The notes below the pieces were generated by a model. The model saw only the letters and a program-made list of their open reading frames with translations. It had not been told where the DNA came from and ran no database searches. Shown piece after piece: positions 37,682 to 46,597 of a stretch of 64,000 nucleotides of DNA (its first letter is position 1; every line of letters starts with the position of its first letter). The translations under genes were made by a program, and so were the position numbers. The stretch lies in assembly GCA_025453395.1 (NCBI GenBank), contig JALOQK010000002.1:474509-538508 (forward strand), given 5' to 3'. The DNA comes from Candidatus Omnitrophota bacterium. GTDB lineage: Bacteria > Omnitrophota > Gorgyraeia > Gygaellales > Profunditerraquicolaceae.

Positions 37682-38518
37682 TTAACCTTTCGTTTTGTTC
37701 TGAACAAAATGTAACAATGATGCTGTAGGCGGGCAAAATACGCGGAAAGGCGTCATGCCGCTTGTGCCCAACCCGGAATTAACATGCAAATAAGTATCCC
37801 CAAATTTAAATAAACCTCTGTTGTATTTTCTTTGAAAGGAAGAAATGGTAACAAGCGGACCGATAAATGGAAGCCGGATCTGGCCTCCGTGCGTATGGCC
37901 AGAAAGCATAAGCTGCATATCAAGCCCTTTTAAATTTTCCATAATATCCGGCAGATGGGAAATAACTATCTTATATGAATCTTTATCCATCCTGGATACA
38001 AATTCCCTTAAAGAACTGATCTCTTTATCAAAGTTGCGCCAGATCTTCAGGCGGTCATACCCAAAAGGCCCCTCAATGCCGGTAATATCCAATCTTACTC
38101 CATTAACACAGAATTTCTGGTATACATTATCTAATACATTGATGCCCTTGTTCTCTAATTCTCTTCTTAGAAGCGAAATGTTGTTTTCCTTAAGCCTGCG
38201 CAAAAAAGGAAAAAACAAAAACTCTTTTAAACCCAAACTATGACGATCATGGTTTCCGTATCCGGCCAAAACCCCATAGCGCGGCTTTAACAAGCCCAAA
38301 TAATGCGCACACGCACCTATGCCCCGATTATCATCAATCATGTCCCCGCTTATAATCGTAAAATCAGAATCAATATCCTGAATTTGCGCGAATATACGGT
38401 CAAACCGTTTACTGCGGTTTATAAAATGAAAATCTGAAATATGAAGTATTTTCAAACCCTCTAAAGCTTGGAATTTACTGGGCAGATTAATACTTATGTC
38501 TTCTTTTACAAAATCCAA
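37682..38518 (-). CDS. Calcineurin-like metallophosphoesterase
   Basis: ILHISDFHF (DxH), ISGDMIDD (GDxxD), GYGNHDRH (GNHD/E) and a later GHTHGG; canonical MPP motif set. Confidence 0.75.
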   Translation of the reverse strand: MDFVKEDISINLPSKFQALEGLKILHISDFHFINRSKRFDRIFAQIQDIDSDFTIISGDMIDDNRGIGACAHYLGLLKPRYGVLAGYGNHDRHSLGLKEFLFFPFLRRLKENNISLLRRELENKGINVLDNVYQKFCVNGVRLDITGIEGPFGYDRLKIWRNFDKEISSLREFVSRMDKDSYKIVISHLPDIMENLKGLDMQLMLSGHTHGGQIRLPFIGPLVTISSFQRKYNRGLFKFGDTYLHVNSGLGTSGMTPFRVFCPPTASLLHFVQNKTKG

Positions 38519-39562
38519 TTATTTTCTCCAACCGGCCTCTATGAAACTATTCTTAATGTGATTTAGGATAACATGCGGCGAAAGCCCCAAAAGCATATTG
38601 TAATCATTAAAGCAAATAAAGGCATAGCAGGTCTTGCAACTATGGTCCTTAATATTCTCCCAAGCCCTGATAAACCCATGTTCTACAAAACTTAAAGCGG
38701 GGATCATCTGAATCATCTGCGAACAAGGATACACCTTGCCATCTGAATCTATAATGCACATATTCTTGCCCGCATGGCACTTAATGTGCCTGCCGAAATC
38801 TTTAATCGCGCCAGCCTCTATTGATTTCTTATTGTAATCTGGCCAATCCAAAGTATATTGATGAGCCTGTTTAGAAAAGAAAACCGGATAGCCCTTTTTC
38901 TTATAATCAATAATCTTTCTTAAGGCGTTTTTGTAATCTTCTCTAGAAGCCAAGAAATCCTGATTGCTTTGAAAAAATGGCAGCAAAAACTGCACGAAAA
39001 ACTTTTTTTCTTTAGCCAGATCTAAAATATGCTCTATGGCATGCACATTATATTTGCTGATCATAGTACTTGTATGCACATTGATATTATTCTTCTTGGC
39101 TAAATCAATTGCCTCTATCACTTTACGGTAAGAGCCTTTCCCCTTATACAGATCATGCGATTGTTCATCACCGTCTAAACTAATGCATAAGGTATTAAGT
39201 TTTTTAACCGCGCTTAACCTCTGAGGCACAAGGTGTCCATTTGTATTCATGTGGCATTCGATACCATTTTTACGTATATAATCAATGACCTGCTCAATAT
39301 CCTTGCGCATCAATGGCTCACCTGCCCCCAAATTTATTATCTTTGTGCCTAAAGATTTTAATTCATCGATAAGCGCCAAGAGCTGTTCAGTGGTAAAATC
39401 TTTTGTGTCGCGCTTATCATAAGTGCCATAACAATAACTGCACTTTAAATTACAGGTATTGGTCACATTAATATGCACTGTAAGCGGAATGGATTTCTTG
39501 GTAAAGGCTATGTTCAAAATAGAAGAAAAAATCCCAACCTTAGAAAAAATATTACTGGCCAT
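38519..39562 (-). CDS. Radical SAM enzyme with a Cys-rich C-terminal SPASM/twitch-like region; paralog of 30673-31728
   Basis: INVTNTCNLKCSYCYG, AGEP and C-terminal CHAGKNMC...CSQMIQ...CKTCYAFICFNDYN. Confidence 0.8.
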   Translation of the reverse strand: MASNIFSKVGIFSSILNIAFTKKSIPLTVHINVTNTCNLKCSYCYGTYDKRDTKDFTTEQLLALIDELKSLGTKIINLGAGEPLMRKDIEQVIDYIRKNGIECHMNTNGHLVPQRLSAVKKLNTLCISLDGDEQSHDLYKGKGSYRKVIEAIDLAKKNNINVHTSTMISKYNVHAIEHILDLAKEKKFFVQFLLPFFQSNQDFLASREDYKNALRKIIDYKKKGYPVFFSKQAHQYTLDWPDYNKKSIEAGAIKDFGRHIKCHAGKNMCIIDSDGKVYPCSQMIQMIPALSFVEHGFIRAWENIKDHSCKTCYAFICFNDYNMLLGLSPHVILNHIKNSFIEAGWRK

Positions 39563-40310
39563 TATTCCTCCCTACGATGACAATCTTAAAAGCAAAAAGT
39601 GATTTAAATAAATACCCGAATACGTATTCTACCGGCTGGATAAAGCTTAAATAGAACTTATAGCATGGCAATTGCATAAGATACTTACCCCCTAAAGACT
39701 CTTGATCTTTTTTTCTTAACATGATTTTCTTCAAGAACGGCTGAAGCGCCCGGACAAAATAAGGGATATAATCTATTTTCTCTATCGTGAAGCCCTCCCT
39801 TAAAAGCATATTCTTGGCGCTAGCTAAGGTAAAAAAGCGGATATGCCCTCTATCCATTATCCCGGTATCTGTATAATCAAAGTTACCGAATAAGAAATTA
39901 ATCCTGTTTAACCACGAAACCGTATTTGGAAAGGAAAAAATAATCTTGGCTCCGGGCTTAAGAAATCCCTTATAAAATTTAACCGCCTCTCTAGGCTCTA
40001 AGATATGCTCCAAAACATCGGCAAAAATAATATAATCGAAGAGAATTTCTCCTAAATATCCTTTTACTGCAACAAAATCTGTCAAATCCGCCTGGATAAC
40101 CCTGGTGATGCGTTTGACTGATTCTGCAGAAGCTTGCGGGTGCATTTCTATGCCCCAGCAAACACAGTTCTTTTTTTCTATTTCCTCGCCCAATACACCC
40201 CGGCCGCACCCGACATCCAACACCAAAGGCACAAGCTTGGAATCAGCAATAACAACCTGTCTTAAAACCGCATCATTTATTTCATCAAAATATTTATAAT
40301 CTTGTGTCAT
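39552..40310 (-). CDS. Class I SAM-dependent methyltransferase
   Basis: VLDVGCGRGVLGEE (motif I), FADVLEHILEP and KPGAKIIFSFPN (Methyltransf_11/12/23-like). Confidence 0.75.
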   Translation of the reverse strand: MTQDYKYFDEINDAVLRQVVIADSKLVPLVLDVGCGRGVLGEEIEKKNCVCWGIEMHPQASAESVKRITRVIQADLTDFVAVKGYLGEILFDYIIFADVLEHILEPREAVKFYKGFLKPGAKIIFSFPNTVSWLNRINFLFGNFDYTDTGIMDRGHIRFFTLASAKNMLLREGFTIEKIDYIPYFVRALQPFLKKIMLRKKDQESLGGKYLMQLPCYKFYLSFIQPVEYVFGYLFKSLFAFKIVIVGRNNGQ

Positions 40311-40319
40311 TCTGATAGG

Positions 40320-41303
40320 TTAGCTATGAAATACAATCTTTGCTCCTTCATGCTCAAAAGAAAACCAAAAAGGCACCAGCCCCATCTTGGCCATTGCCTC
40401 GACCAAAACAGATTTATTCTTTGGGCAATAGAAAAGAATAAATCCTCCTCCTCCGGCACCCGCAACTTTGCCGCCCAAAGCTCCGGACTTGCGCCCAGCC
40501 TCATACACTTCGTCTATGAAGCTGTCGGATACCTTGCCAGACAAACCTTTTTTTATCAACCAATGCTGATGCATTAGTTCACCAAAATCATCAAGCTTGC
40601 CCTTCTCAAAGGCAGCTCTGGTAGCAAGTCCGATTTCTTTTATCTTATGCAATCTCTGGATAGTTTTCTTATCATCCTGCTTAGTTTTTTGGTCTTGCTC
40701 AATTAAAACATCGCTTGCTGATCTTTCTTTATTCAAGAAAAAAAGCAGAAGATTATTCTGCAATTGAGCCAAATCTTCTTCCTTGATATCTACGGGATCA
40801 ACAACCACTGTGCCATCCGTATTAAAAGTATAGGCATTAAACCCGCCAAAACTAGCCACATACTGGTCTTGCTTACCAATCGGCTGCTTTAGAATATCAA
40901 GTTCTAAATGGCAAGCCGCCTCTGCCAGATCTTCAAGATTTAAATATTGCTTTTTATACGCATAAAGGCCGTTAAGCAATGAAACGGTAAAACTAGAAGA
41001 AGTGCCTAATCCGCAATGCGCCGGGACATCGGCTATAGAAACAATCTCTATCTGCCGGTTAATTTGCAACAGCTTTAATACCTCGCGGAATATTTTATGC
41101 TCTATGTCCTTAACCTGGCCCACTATTTCGGTCTTGGAATAAGAAAGGCGGATGGACTGATTAAAACGTTTATTGATATTAATATAAACGTATTTATTTA
41201 TTGCCGCGGCCATTAAGAATCCGCCATACTTTTTGTAATATGACGGTAAATCGGTTCCACCCCCGCCCATAGATAATCTAACCGGAGCGCGCGATATAAT
41301 CAT
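40320..41303 (-). CDS. GHMP-family sugar kinase, D-glycero-alpha-D-manno-heptose-7-phosphate kinase (HddA)-like
   Basis: MIISRAPVRLSMGGGGTD N-terminus typical of heptose/fucose GHMP kinases and the ATP-binding motif VPAHCGLGTSSS (PxGxGLGSS). It sits beside gmhA and the hddC-gmhB fusion. Confidence 0.7.
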   Translation of the reverse strand: MIISRAPVRLSMGGGGTDLPSYYKKYGGFLMAAAINKYVYININKRFNQSIRLSYSKTEIVGQVKDIEHKIFREVLKLLQINRQIEIVSIADVPAHCGLGTSSSFTVSLLNGLYAYKKQYLNLEDLAEAACHLELDILKQPIGKQDQYVASFGGFNAYTFNTDGTVVVDPVDIKEEDLAQLQNNLLLFFLNKERSASDVLIEQDQKTKQDDKKTIQRLHKIKEIGLATRAAFEKGKLDDFGELMHQHWLIKKGLSGKVSDSFIDEVYEAGRKSGALGGKVAGAGGGGFILFYCPKNKSVLVEAMAKMGLVPFWFSFEHEGAKIVFHS

Positions 41304-41309
41304 ATAATC

Positions 41310-42275
41310 TTAGATTGGTTTTTTGCAACTTTTATATATGGCCTCTGCTGATTTAGTTATTGCCTGAAGACTTGAGTAGGAATTATTCCAACCCAGCTTG
41401 CGGATCTTGCTTGAATCAAGCCTTACTACAGGGACATCACCCTGCCAACCCCTAGACCCGCCTGTGTATTCGTATTTAACTTTACTTAAACCCATTACCC
41501 TGGTTACAACATCCGCGATCTGCTTGACGCTTATTGAATCCAGTGTTGATACATTATAAAAATTAAATCCCTTATTCTTTCGTTGCGTCAATAAGATGGC
41601 TTTTATGACATCGCTTACATAAATATAAGACTTACTCTGTTTGCCGTTGCCTAATATCTTAAGGCGCTTTTTATCCTTTAACAATCTTCTGACAAAATCA
41701 TACCCCACCCCATGCGTCTGGTTTGGCCCCACGACATTGGCAAATCTTAAAACTGTCGCGTTAATCCCGAACATATGGCAATAAGCGCAGATAAGCGCTT
41801 CTGCGGCAAGTTTACTTGCGCCATAAGTGGAAACCGGTAAAAGCGGAGCATATTGCTCACTTAATCTATTTAAGCCAACATCGCCATAAATTCCGCTTCC
41901 AGATGAAAAAATTAGATTTTTTACACCGTTTACGCGCATTGCCTCAAGTATATTGTTCACCAGATATGTCCCTTCCCAGAAATCTATTTCTGGAAATTTA
42001 ACTGCGCGGGCGATATCAGCATTAGAAGCAAAATGATACACCAGCGAAACATCTTTAGTCAAACAACGCGATAACTTCTTTATGTCTTTAATATCAGCGT
42101 TTATTATCTGCAGACGAGAAGAACGCAAGTCTGATAAAAATGAAATATCCCCTGAAGAGAAATTATCATAAACGACAACCTTATCATTTGGACAGTTTGA
42201 TAAAAGATGCCGGCACATATGGCTTCCGATAAACCCTGCGCCTCCAGAAATAAAATATTTCTTCATATTATTCAA
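41310..42275 (-). CDS. NAD-dependent sugar epimerase/dehydratase (SDR family)
   Basis: YFISGGAGFIGSHMCRHLL Rossmann motif; a YxxxK region is present. 321 aa. Confidence 0.75.
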   Translation of the reverse strand: MNNMKKYFISGGAGFIGSHMCRHLLSNCPNDKVVVYDNFSSGDISFLSDLRSSRLQIINADIKDIKKLSRCLTKDVSLVYHFASNADIARAVKFPEIDFWEGTYLVNNILEAMRVNGVKNLIFSSGSGIYGDVGLNRLSEQYAPLLPVSTYGASKLAAEALICAYCHMFGINATVLRFANVVGPNQTHGVGYDFVRRLLKDKKRLKILGNGKQSKSYIYVSDVIKAILLTQRKNKGFNFYNVSTLDSISVKQIADVVTRVMGLSKVKYEYTGGSRGWQGDVPVVRLDSSKIRKLGWNNSYSSLQAITKSAEAIYKSCKKPI

Positions 42276-42835
42276 GTAGATATATTATTAACTATTAAAT
42301 GTAGCAGGACCGCCTGAAAACCTTCAGCATGAGGCGTAACTCTTTTTTGGTCTATAACAGGAATAAGAATGCAGGCATCGGAAATCTTGCGCGCCTCTCC
42401 TCCATCGCGGCTTACAATAGAGACAACTCTAGCGTTTTTTTCTTTAGCATAACGCATCGCTAAAACCAAATTCTGCGATACGGTCTTCGTTCCGCCTCCG
42501 ACAGAAAGAACAAGCAATACATCATTCTCAGTTAATTTAGAAACCTTCAACCATTCAATAAAAATATATTCAAAACCGGAATCATTAGTCCAGGCTGTTA
42601 ATTCAGAAACGTTATCCGAAGCAGCGTAAGCTTCAATGCGGGCTATCTTTCTAAAATCATTAACCGCGTGAGAGGCATTGGCCGCTGAGCCTCCTATCCC
42701 TAAGATAAAAAGCCTGCCGGCAGTATTTCGTAAATCTGAAATAACCGCGCTTACCTTTAAAATATCTTCGCGATTAATGCTATCAATTATATTTTTTGTC
42801 TCTGCAAAATAAATATCTATATAATCTTTGCTCAT
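42272..42835 (-). CDS. gmhA: Sedoheptulose-7-phosphate isomerase (phosphoheptose isomerase, SIS domain)
   Basis: 187 aa. LFILGIGGSAANASHAVNDF and DVLLVLSVGGGTKTVSQN..VSIVSRDGG follow the GmhA SIS pattern (GNGGS...HF / DVLLGISTSGNS...LTGKDGG; recalled from memory). Confidence 0.8.
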   Translation of the reverse strand: MSKDYIDIYFAETKNIIDSINREDILKVSAVISDLRNTAGRLFILGIGGSAANASHAVNDFRKIARIEAYAASDNVSELTAWTNDSGFEYIFIEWLKVSKLTENDVLLVLSVGGGTKTVSQNLVLAMRYAKEKNARVVSIVSRDGGEARKISDACILIPVIDQKRVTPHAEGFQAVLLHLIVNNIST

Positions 42836-43548
42836 AGTTTCAACCCCGAGTCTTGCGCATCTTTATAAAACATCTTTATCGTATCCAAGGAAAACTCGTG
42901 CAGATCATAATCAATAAGATGCATTTTCTTAATAAAATCAGGCAAAAGGGTAATTATATCAGATCCTGCCTGTTCGGCCTGAAAAATATTAAGCAGCTCT
43001 CTGGGGCTGGCCCATAAAATCTTAATGTTAGGCTTGTTTTTAATGAGAATCTTTGCCTTTTTAATAAATTCCACGGGGTCAACTCCTGTATCGGCAATCC
43101 TGCCGGAAAAGATAGAAAAAATAATATCCGCATCAGAATCGAGTTTATTGGCGACCTTCTTGATCTGCTCCAAAGTCATTATTGCGGTAACATTGACCTT
43201 TATCTTATCCTTGGAAAGCTCTGCAATAAGCTCAGAAGAGTCATCGCCCCTTGTATTCATAACCGGGATCTTCACATATATATTGGATCCAAAACCAGAA
43301 AGCCTTTTAGCCTGCTGTTTCATTTCTCTAAAATCATCGCTTATAACTTCAAAAGAAATAGGTTTGCCAGCTACAATCGGCAGAATCTGTTTTATAAATC
43401 CACAATAATCTTTTACCTGGGCCTTCCGCATAAGCGTGGGGTTGGTAGTAAATCCGTGTATATAGTCAAGCCCCGCCATAGAACGTAAATCATCAAGGCT
43501 TGCCCCATCACAGTATATTTTGACTTTAAGCGACCTAATTTTATTCAT
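42832..43548 (-). CDS. Transaldolase-family enzyme (TalC/Fsa-type, ~24 kDa)
   Basis: YCDGASLDD...GFTTNPTLM (matching DTSD...GVTTNPSII) and the active-site-Lys context VKIPV; 238 aa. A transaldolase can supply sedoheptulose-7-P to GmhA. Confidence 0.7.
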   Translation of the reverse strand: MNKIRSLKVKIYCDGASLDDLRSMAGLDYIHGFTTNPTLMRKAQVKDYCGFIKQILPIVAGKPISFEVISDDFREMKQQAKRLSGFGSNIYVKIPVMNTRGDDSSELIAELSKDKIKVNVTAIMTLEQIKKVANKLDSDADIIFSIFSGRIADTGVDPVEFIKKAKILIKNKPNIKILWASPRELLNIFQAEQAGSDIITLLPDFIKKMHLIDYDLHEFSLDTIKMFYKDAQDSGLKL

Positions 43549-43549
43549 A

Positions 43550-44875
43550 TTACTCTTTCGTATCTCTTAAATACCCAGCAAAATCAAGAATATTCTCAAA
43601 AACCAAATCCGGCTTACACTCCTGCAATCCCCCTGAATCATCCTTTTTATATTTACCGATAAAAACAGAACGCACGGACTTTTTCTTAGCCGCCAATATA
43701 TCTGCGGATGAATCTCCGACCATGTATGAATTGCCTATATCGATATTATATTTATCAATCGCCGTTTCTAAGAGCCCTGCTTGCGGCTTACGGCATTGGC
43801 ACTTCTTAACAAGAAACTGTTCTGCCGCTAGGTCAGAACCCTCCTGATGATGCGGACAAACCATAACATCATCTATTTCTACGCCATTTTCTCTGAATAG
43901 ATCCAGCATCCTATTATTGATTGCGTATATATCTTTAAGGGTGGTTTTCCCTTTTGCTGCCGCAGGCTGATTTGTGACCACGATCAAAAGAAACCCGTGT
44001 TTTTTCATCTGCTTTAACGCATCAAAAACTCCATCAATAAGACAAAATTCGTCCGGCTTTAATGGAGAATCAAACTGCTTGATATTATCATTAAAAACAA
44101 ACTTGTTTAATGTGCCGTCGCGATCAAGAAATATTGCTTTATTCTTCTGTGATAAGCGCTGTTTTATGAAATTCCTAAATTCTTCTAATGAACCCGAATT
44201 GCCTATTTCGCGGAATCTCTTTCTAGTTACAAAACCCGCAAGCAAACCATCCCTGACAAGCATAGAGTAAAAATCTGATAAATCGCCCACCGATGCGGGG
44301 ATTTTATCCACCAAAGCTTTATTTAAAAAGCTTGTGCCATAATCAATATAATCCATTTCTGCCTGACTGGACTTTTTATCGTATTTAACGATTCGGTTAT
44401 TCTCAAAAACTATGTTACTTTTATCATAAAGATTATTATTCTTAAGAATGCACATCATGCCTGAACCAGAGGAACTTTTCTTTAACAGCCAATAATTATA
44501 CAAGGCTTGCTGATAATCCATGTCCATAAAAGAGTCTCCATAAGAAAGCATAAAATCATCTTCCAAAAGCAACATGGCATTTTTAAGAGCACTCGCTGTG
44601 CCTTCAGCACCCGGCGGGTCAGGTGAATATTCTATTTTTACGCCAAATTCAACGCCATCGCCAAAAAAATCATATATATATTCTTTCCCAAAGCCAACAC
44701 AGAAAATAAACTTCTTAAAACCAGCTAAACGCAATAGGTCAAACTGATAAGAGAAAAACGGCTTGCCTTCTACTTCAGCCATGGCTTTAGGCAGATTGCC
44801 AATGACACCGCCTAAACGCGTACCCTTACCCCCCATCAAAACAACGACCTGTAATTCTCTTGCATCTGGAATCAT
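43550..44875 (-). CDS. Bifunctional sugar-1-phosphate nucleotidyltransferase (HddC-like) / D,D-heptose-1,7-bisphosphate phosphatase (GmhB, HAD) fusion
   Basis: N-terminal VVLMGGKGTRLGGVIGNLPKAMAEVEGKPF nucleotidyltransferase signature. C-terminal AIFLDRDGTLNKF...LLIVVTNQ...KG HAD motifs typical of GmhB. Confidence 0.7.
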   Translation of the reverse strand: MIPDARELQVVVLMGGKGTRLGGVIGNLPKAMAEVEGKPFFSYQFDLLRLAGFKKFIFCVGFGKEYIYDFFGDGVEFGVKIEYSPDPPGAEGTASALKNAMLLLEDDFMLSYGDSFMDMDYQQALYNYWLLKKSSSGSGMMCILKNNNLYDKSNIVFENNRIVKYDKKSSQAEMDYIDYGTSFLNKALVDKIPASVGDLSDFYSMLVRDGLLAGFVTRKRFREIGNSGSLEEFRNFIKQRLSQKNKAIFLDRDGTLNKFVFNDNIKQFDSPLKPDEFCLIDGVFDALKQMKKHGFLLIVVTNQPAAAKGKTTLKDIYAINNRMLDLFRENGVEIDDVMVCPHHQEGSDLAAEQFLVKKCQCRKPQAGLLETAIDKYNIDIGNSYMVGDSSADILAAKKKSVRSVFIGKYKKDDSGGLQECKPDLVFENILDFAGYLRDTKE

Positions 44876-45615
44876 GCCAGTTTAACAACCTTGTTATCCT
44901 GATAAATAAAAGTTTTGGGAAAAACATTACGCGCAATTCTTAAAGCCAGCCTTCTCTGCTTGATGCTGGTATATATACTGGAATCAAAGTGCACCAAAAC
45001 TAACTTCTTCACGCCGCACTGTTTGGCAAAAGAAGCTGCTATTTTTGGATTTAAATGCGGCCACGAGGGGTCATCTTGGCCTAATTTATACGAAGATTCA
45101 AGAAATAATACATCCGCGTTATTGGCAAGAGAATACAGATTATCGCAAATACCGGTATCAGTAGCAAAACTAATAATCTTATTCTCCAGTAAAAATCTAT
45201 AACCATAGCAAACCGAAGAATGCCTTAAGGGATAGAACTTTAAACCAAAGGGAAATTTTACTTTCTGTGTCAATTCTTCAACCTCTACCTGCATCTTGAG
45301 ATCTTTTATAGGGACCGAATACGGCTGGGCAATGATAGAATTAAGATTCCTTTTTATCCCCGGTGGCCCAAAAATCTTTAGGCCTTTTTTAAATCTGAAT
45401 TTTGCTAAAGCATGTAGCCCTATAATATGGTCCAAATGAAAGTGACTCAAGAAGAGATATGACTTTTTATCAGCCTTAATATACTTATCCAGCTTATATA
45501 ATCCGCTTCCCGCATCAAGAATAATGCATTCCCTCTTTGTTTCTATTAAAATACATAGAGTATTACCCATTGGGCTGTCGTACCAACCGTTAGTACCTAA
45601 GAAAAACGCCTTCAT
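44872..45615 (-). CDS. MBL-fold metallo-hydrolase
   Basis: HFHLDH (HxHxDH) zinc motif; 247 aa; 4-nt ATGA overlap with the upstream gene. Confidence 0.75.
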   Translation of the reverse strand: MKAFFLGTNGWYDSPMGNTLCILIETKRECIILDAGSGLYKLDKYIKADKKSYLFLSHFHLDHIIGLHALAKFRFKKGLKIFGPPGIKRNLNSIIAQPYSVPIKDLKMQVEVEELTQKVKFPFGLKFYPLRHSSVCYGYRFLLENKIISFATDTGICDNLYSLANNADVLFLESSYKLGQDDPSWPHLNPKIAASFAKQCGVKKLVLVHFDSSIYTSIKQRRLALRIARNVFPKTFIYQDNKVVKLA

Positions 45616-46595
45616 ATTTTGCGCCTTTTTAAAATACTACTATACCAGCCATAAGTGCTGGATAGCCCATCTTTAAGCAAAACCTTGGGCCTCCAATGCA
45701 AAATCTTCATCGCCTTAGACGAGTTAAGATACTGTTTCTTAATCTCATATTTGGCCTTGTTTAGAATATTAATCTGTAGTTTTTTCCCGGTAACACGATA
45801 AACAAGGTTTAATAATTCGAAAACTGACAGGGGTTTTTGGTTGCTGAAATTGAAGGCTTCGCCTTTTAACTTCTTGCCCCTCATGCATTGCGCAATCATA
45901 ATGTATCCGCCAACCACATCGTCAACATGAATATAATCTCTTATAAATTTGCCATCGCTTCTAATAACAAGATTTCTGCCCAAAACCAAACACCTGAAAG
46001 CGTCTGGAATAAGACGAGAAAAATTAAGGTCTCCCGGGCCGTAAATATTTCCTGAACGGGTTATGGCTACCGGAAGATTGAAAGTAGCTGCGTAGGACTT
46101 GGCAATCATATCCGCGCAGGCCTTGGATACATCATAAGGATGCTCTGCTAAAAGCGCGGCATCCTCTTGATAAGGTAGTTTATTATGGCTTCCGTAAGCC
46201 TTATCGCTTGAGGCAACTACAATTGCCTCTATACCCGTTTTTCTTCTGGCGGATTCTAACAGCTTCCAGGTGCCCTCTACATTAGAAGAAAAGGTCTGCG
46301 TTGGATTCTTAAGGCCACAAGATACAATCGCTTCAGCAGCAAGATGAAAAATAATCCTGATTCGGCGCTCTCTTATTATCTTATCTATTAATTTACTGTC
46401 CCTAACGTCACCGCTATAGGTAACAATCTTTTTATACTGCTGCTGATCAAGCAAGCGCACAGAACGATTTGTGTCAATATCTAAACCTATAACCTTGGCA
46501 TCTAATTCTAAAAGGCGTTTACATAAATTCGCCCCTAAAAACCCCTCATGCCCGGTAACTAATACCGGCTTATTCCTCCAAAAAGATTTAGGCAT
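45612..46595 (-). CDS. rfbG: CDP-glucose 4,6-dehydratase-like SDR (RfbG/DdhB candidate)
   Basis: FWRNKPVLVTGHEGFLGANLCKRLL N-terminus parallels RfbG FWQGKRVFVTGHTGFKG (recalled from memory). It lies immediately downstream of rfbF (2-nt gap). Confidence 0.7.
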   Translation of the reverse strand: MPKSFWRNKPVLVTGHEGFLGANLCKRLLELDAKVIGLDIDTNRSVRLLDQQQYKKIVTYSGDVRDSKLIDKIIRERRIRIIFHLAAEAIVSCGLKNPTQTFSSNVEGTWKLLESARRKTGIEAIVVASSDKAYGSHNKLPYQEDAALLAEHPYDVSKACADMIAKSYAATFNLPVAITRSGNIYGPGDLNFSRLIPDAFRCLVLGRNLVIRSDGKFIRDYIHVDDVVGGYIMIAQCMRGKKLKGEAFNFSNQKPLSVFELLNLVYRVTGKKLQINILNKAKYEIKKQYLNSSKAMKILHWRPKVLLKDGLSSTYGWYSSILKRRKI

Positions 46596-46597
46596 TT

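Noticed and set aside
29576-39562. Possibility that the B12-radical SAM + phosphoesterase + ThDP enzymes mark a phosphonate (Fom3/Ppm/Ppd-like) pathway
   Set aside because: No PEP mutase (EDKxxxxxNS motif, ~290-430 aa) or phosphonopyruvate decarboxylase is recognisable in the window. The ThDP enzymes are E1 alpha/beta and ALS-like rather than Ppd/ComDE-like. I kept only a generic sugar-tailoring interpretation.
232-39562. Radical SAM/SPASM-type enzymes as RiPP maturases with nearby precursor peptides
   Set aside because: I scanned the small ORFs and short intergenic gaps for a Gly/Cys-rich or leader-core style peptide and found none. The only small co-directional proteins are TM proteins (16859-17203) and the secreted paralog pair. 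This cannot be excluded without HMM searches, so it is noted as an alternative within the findings.
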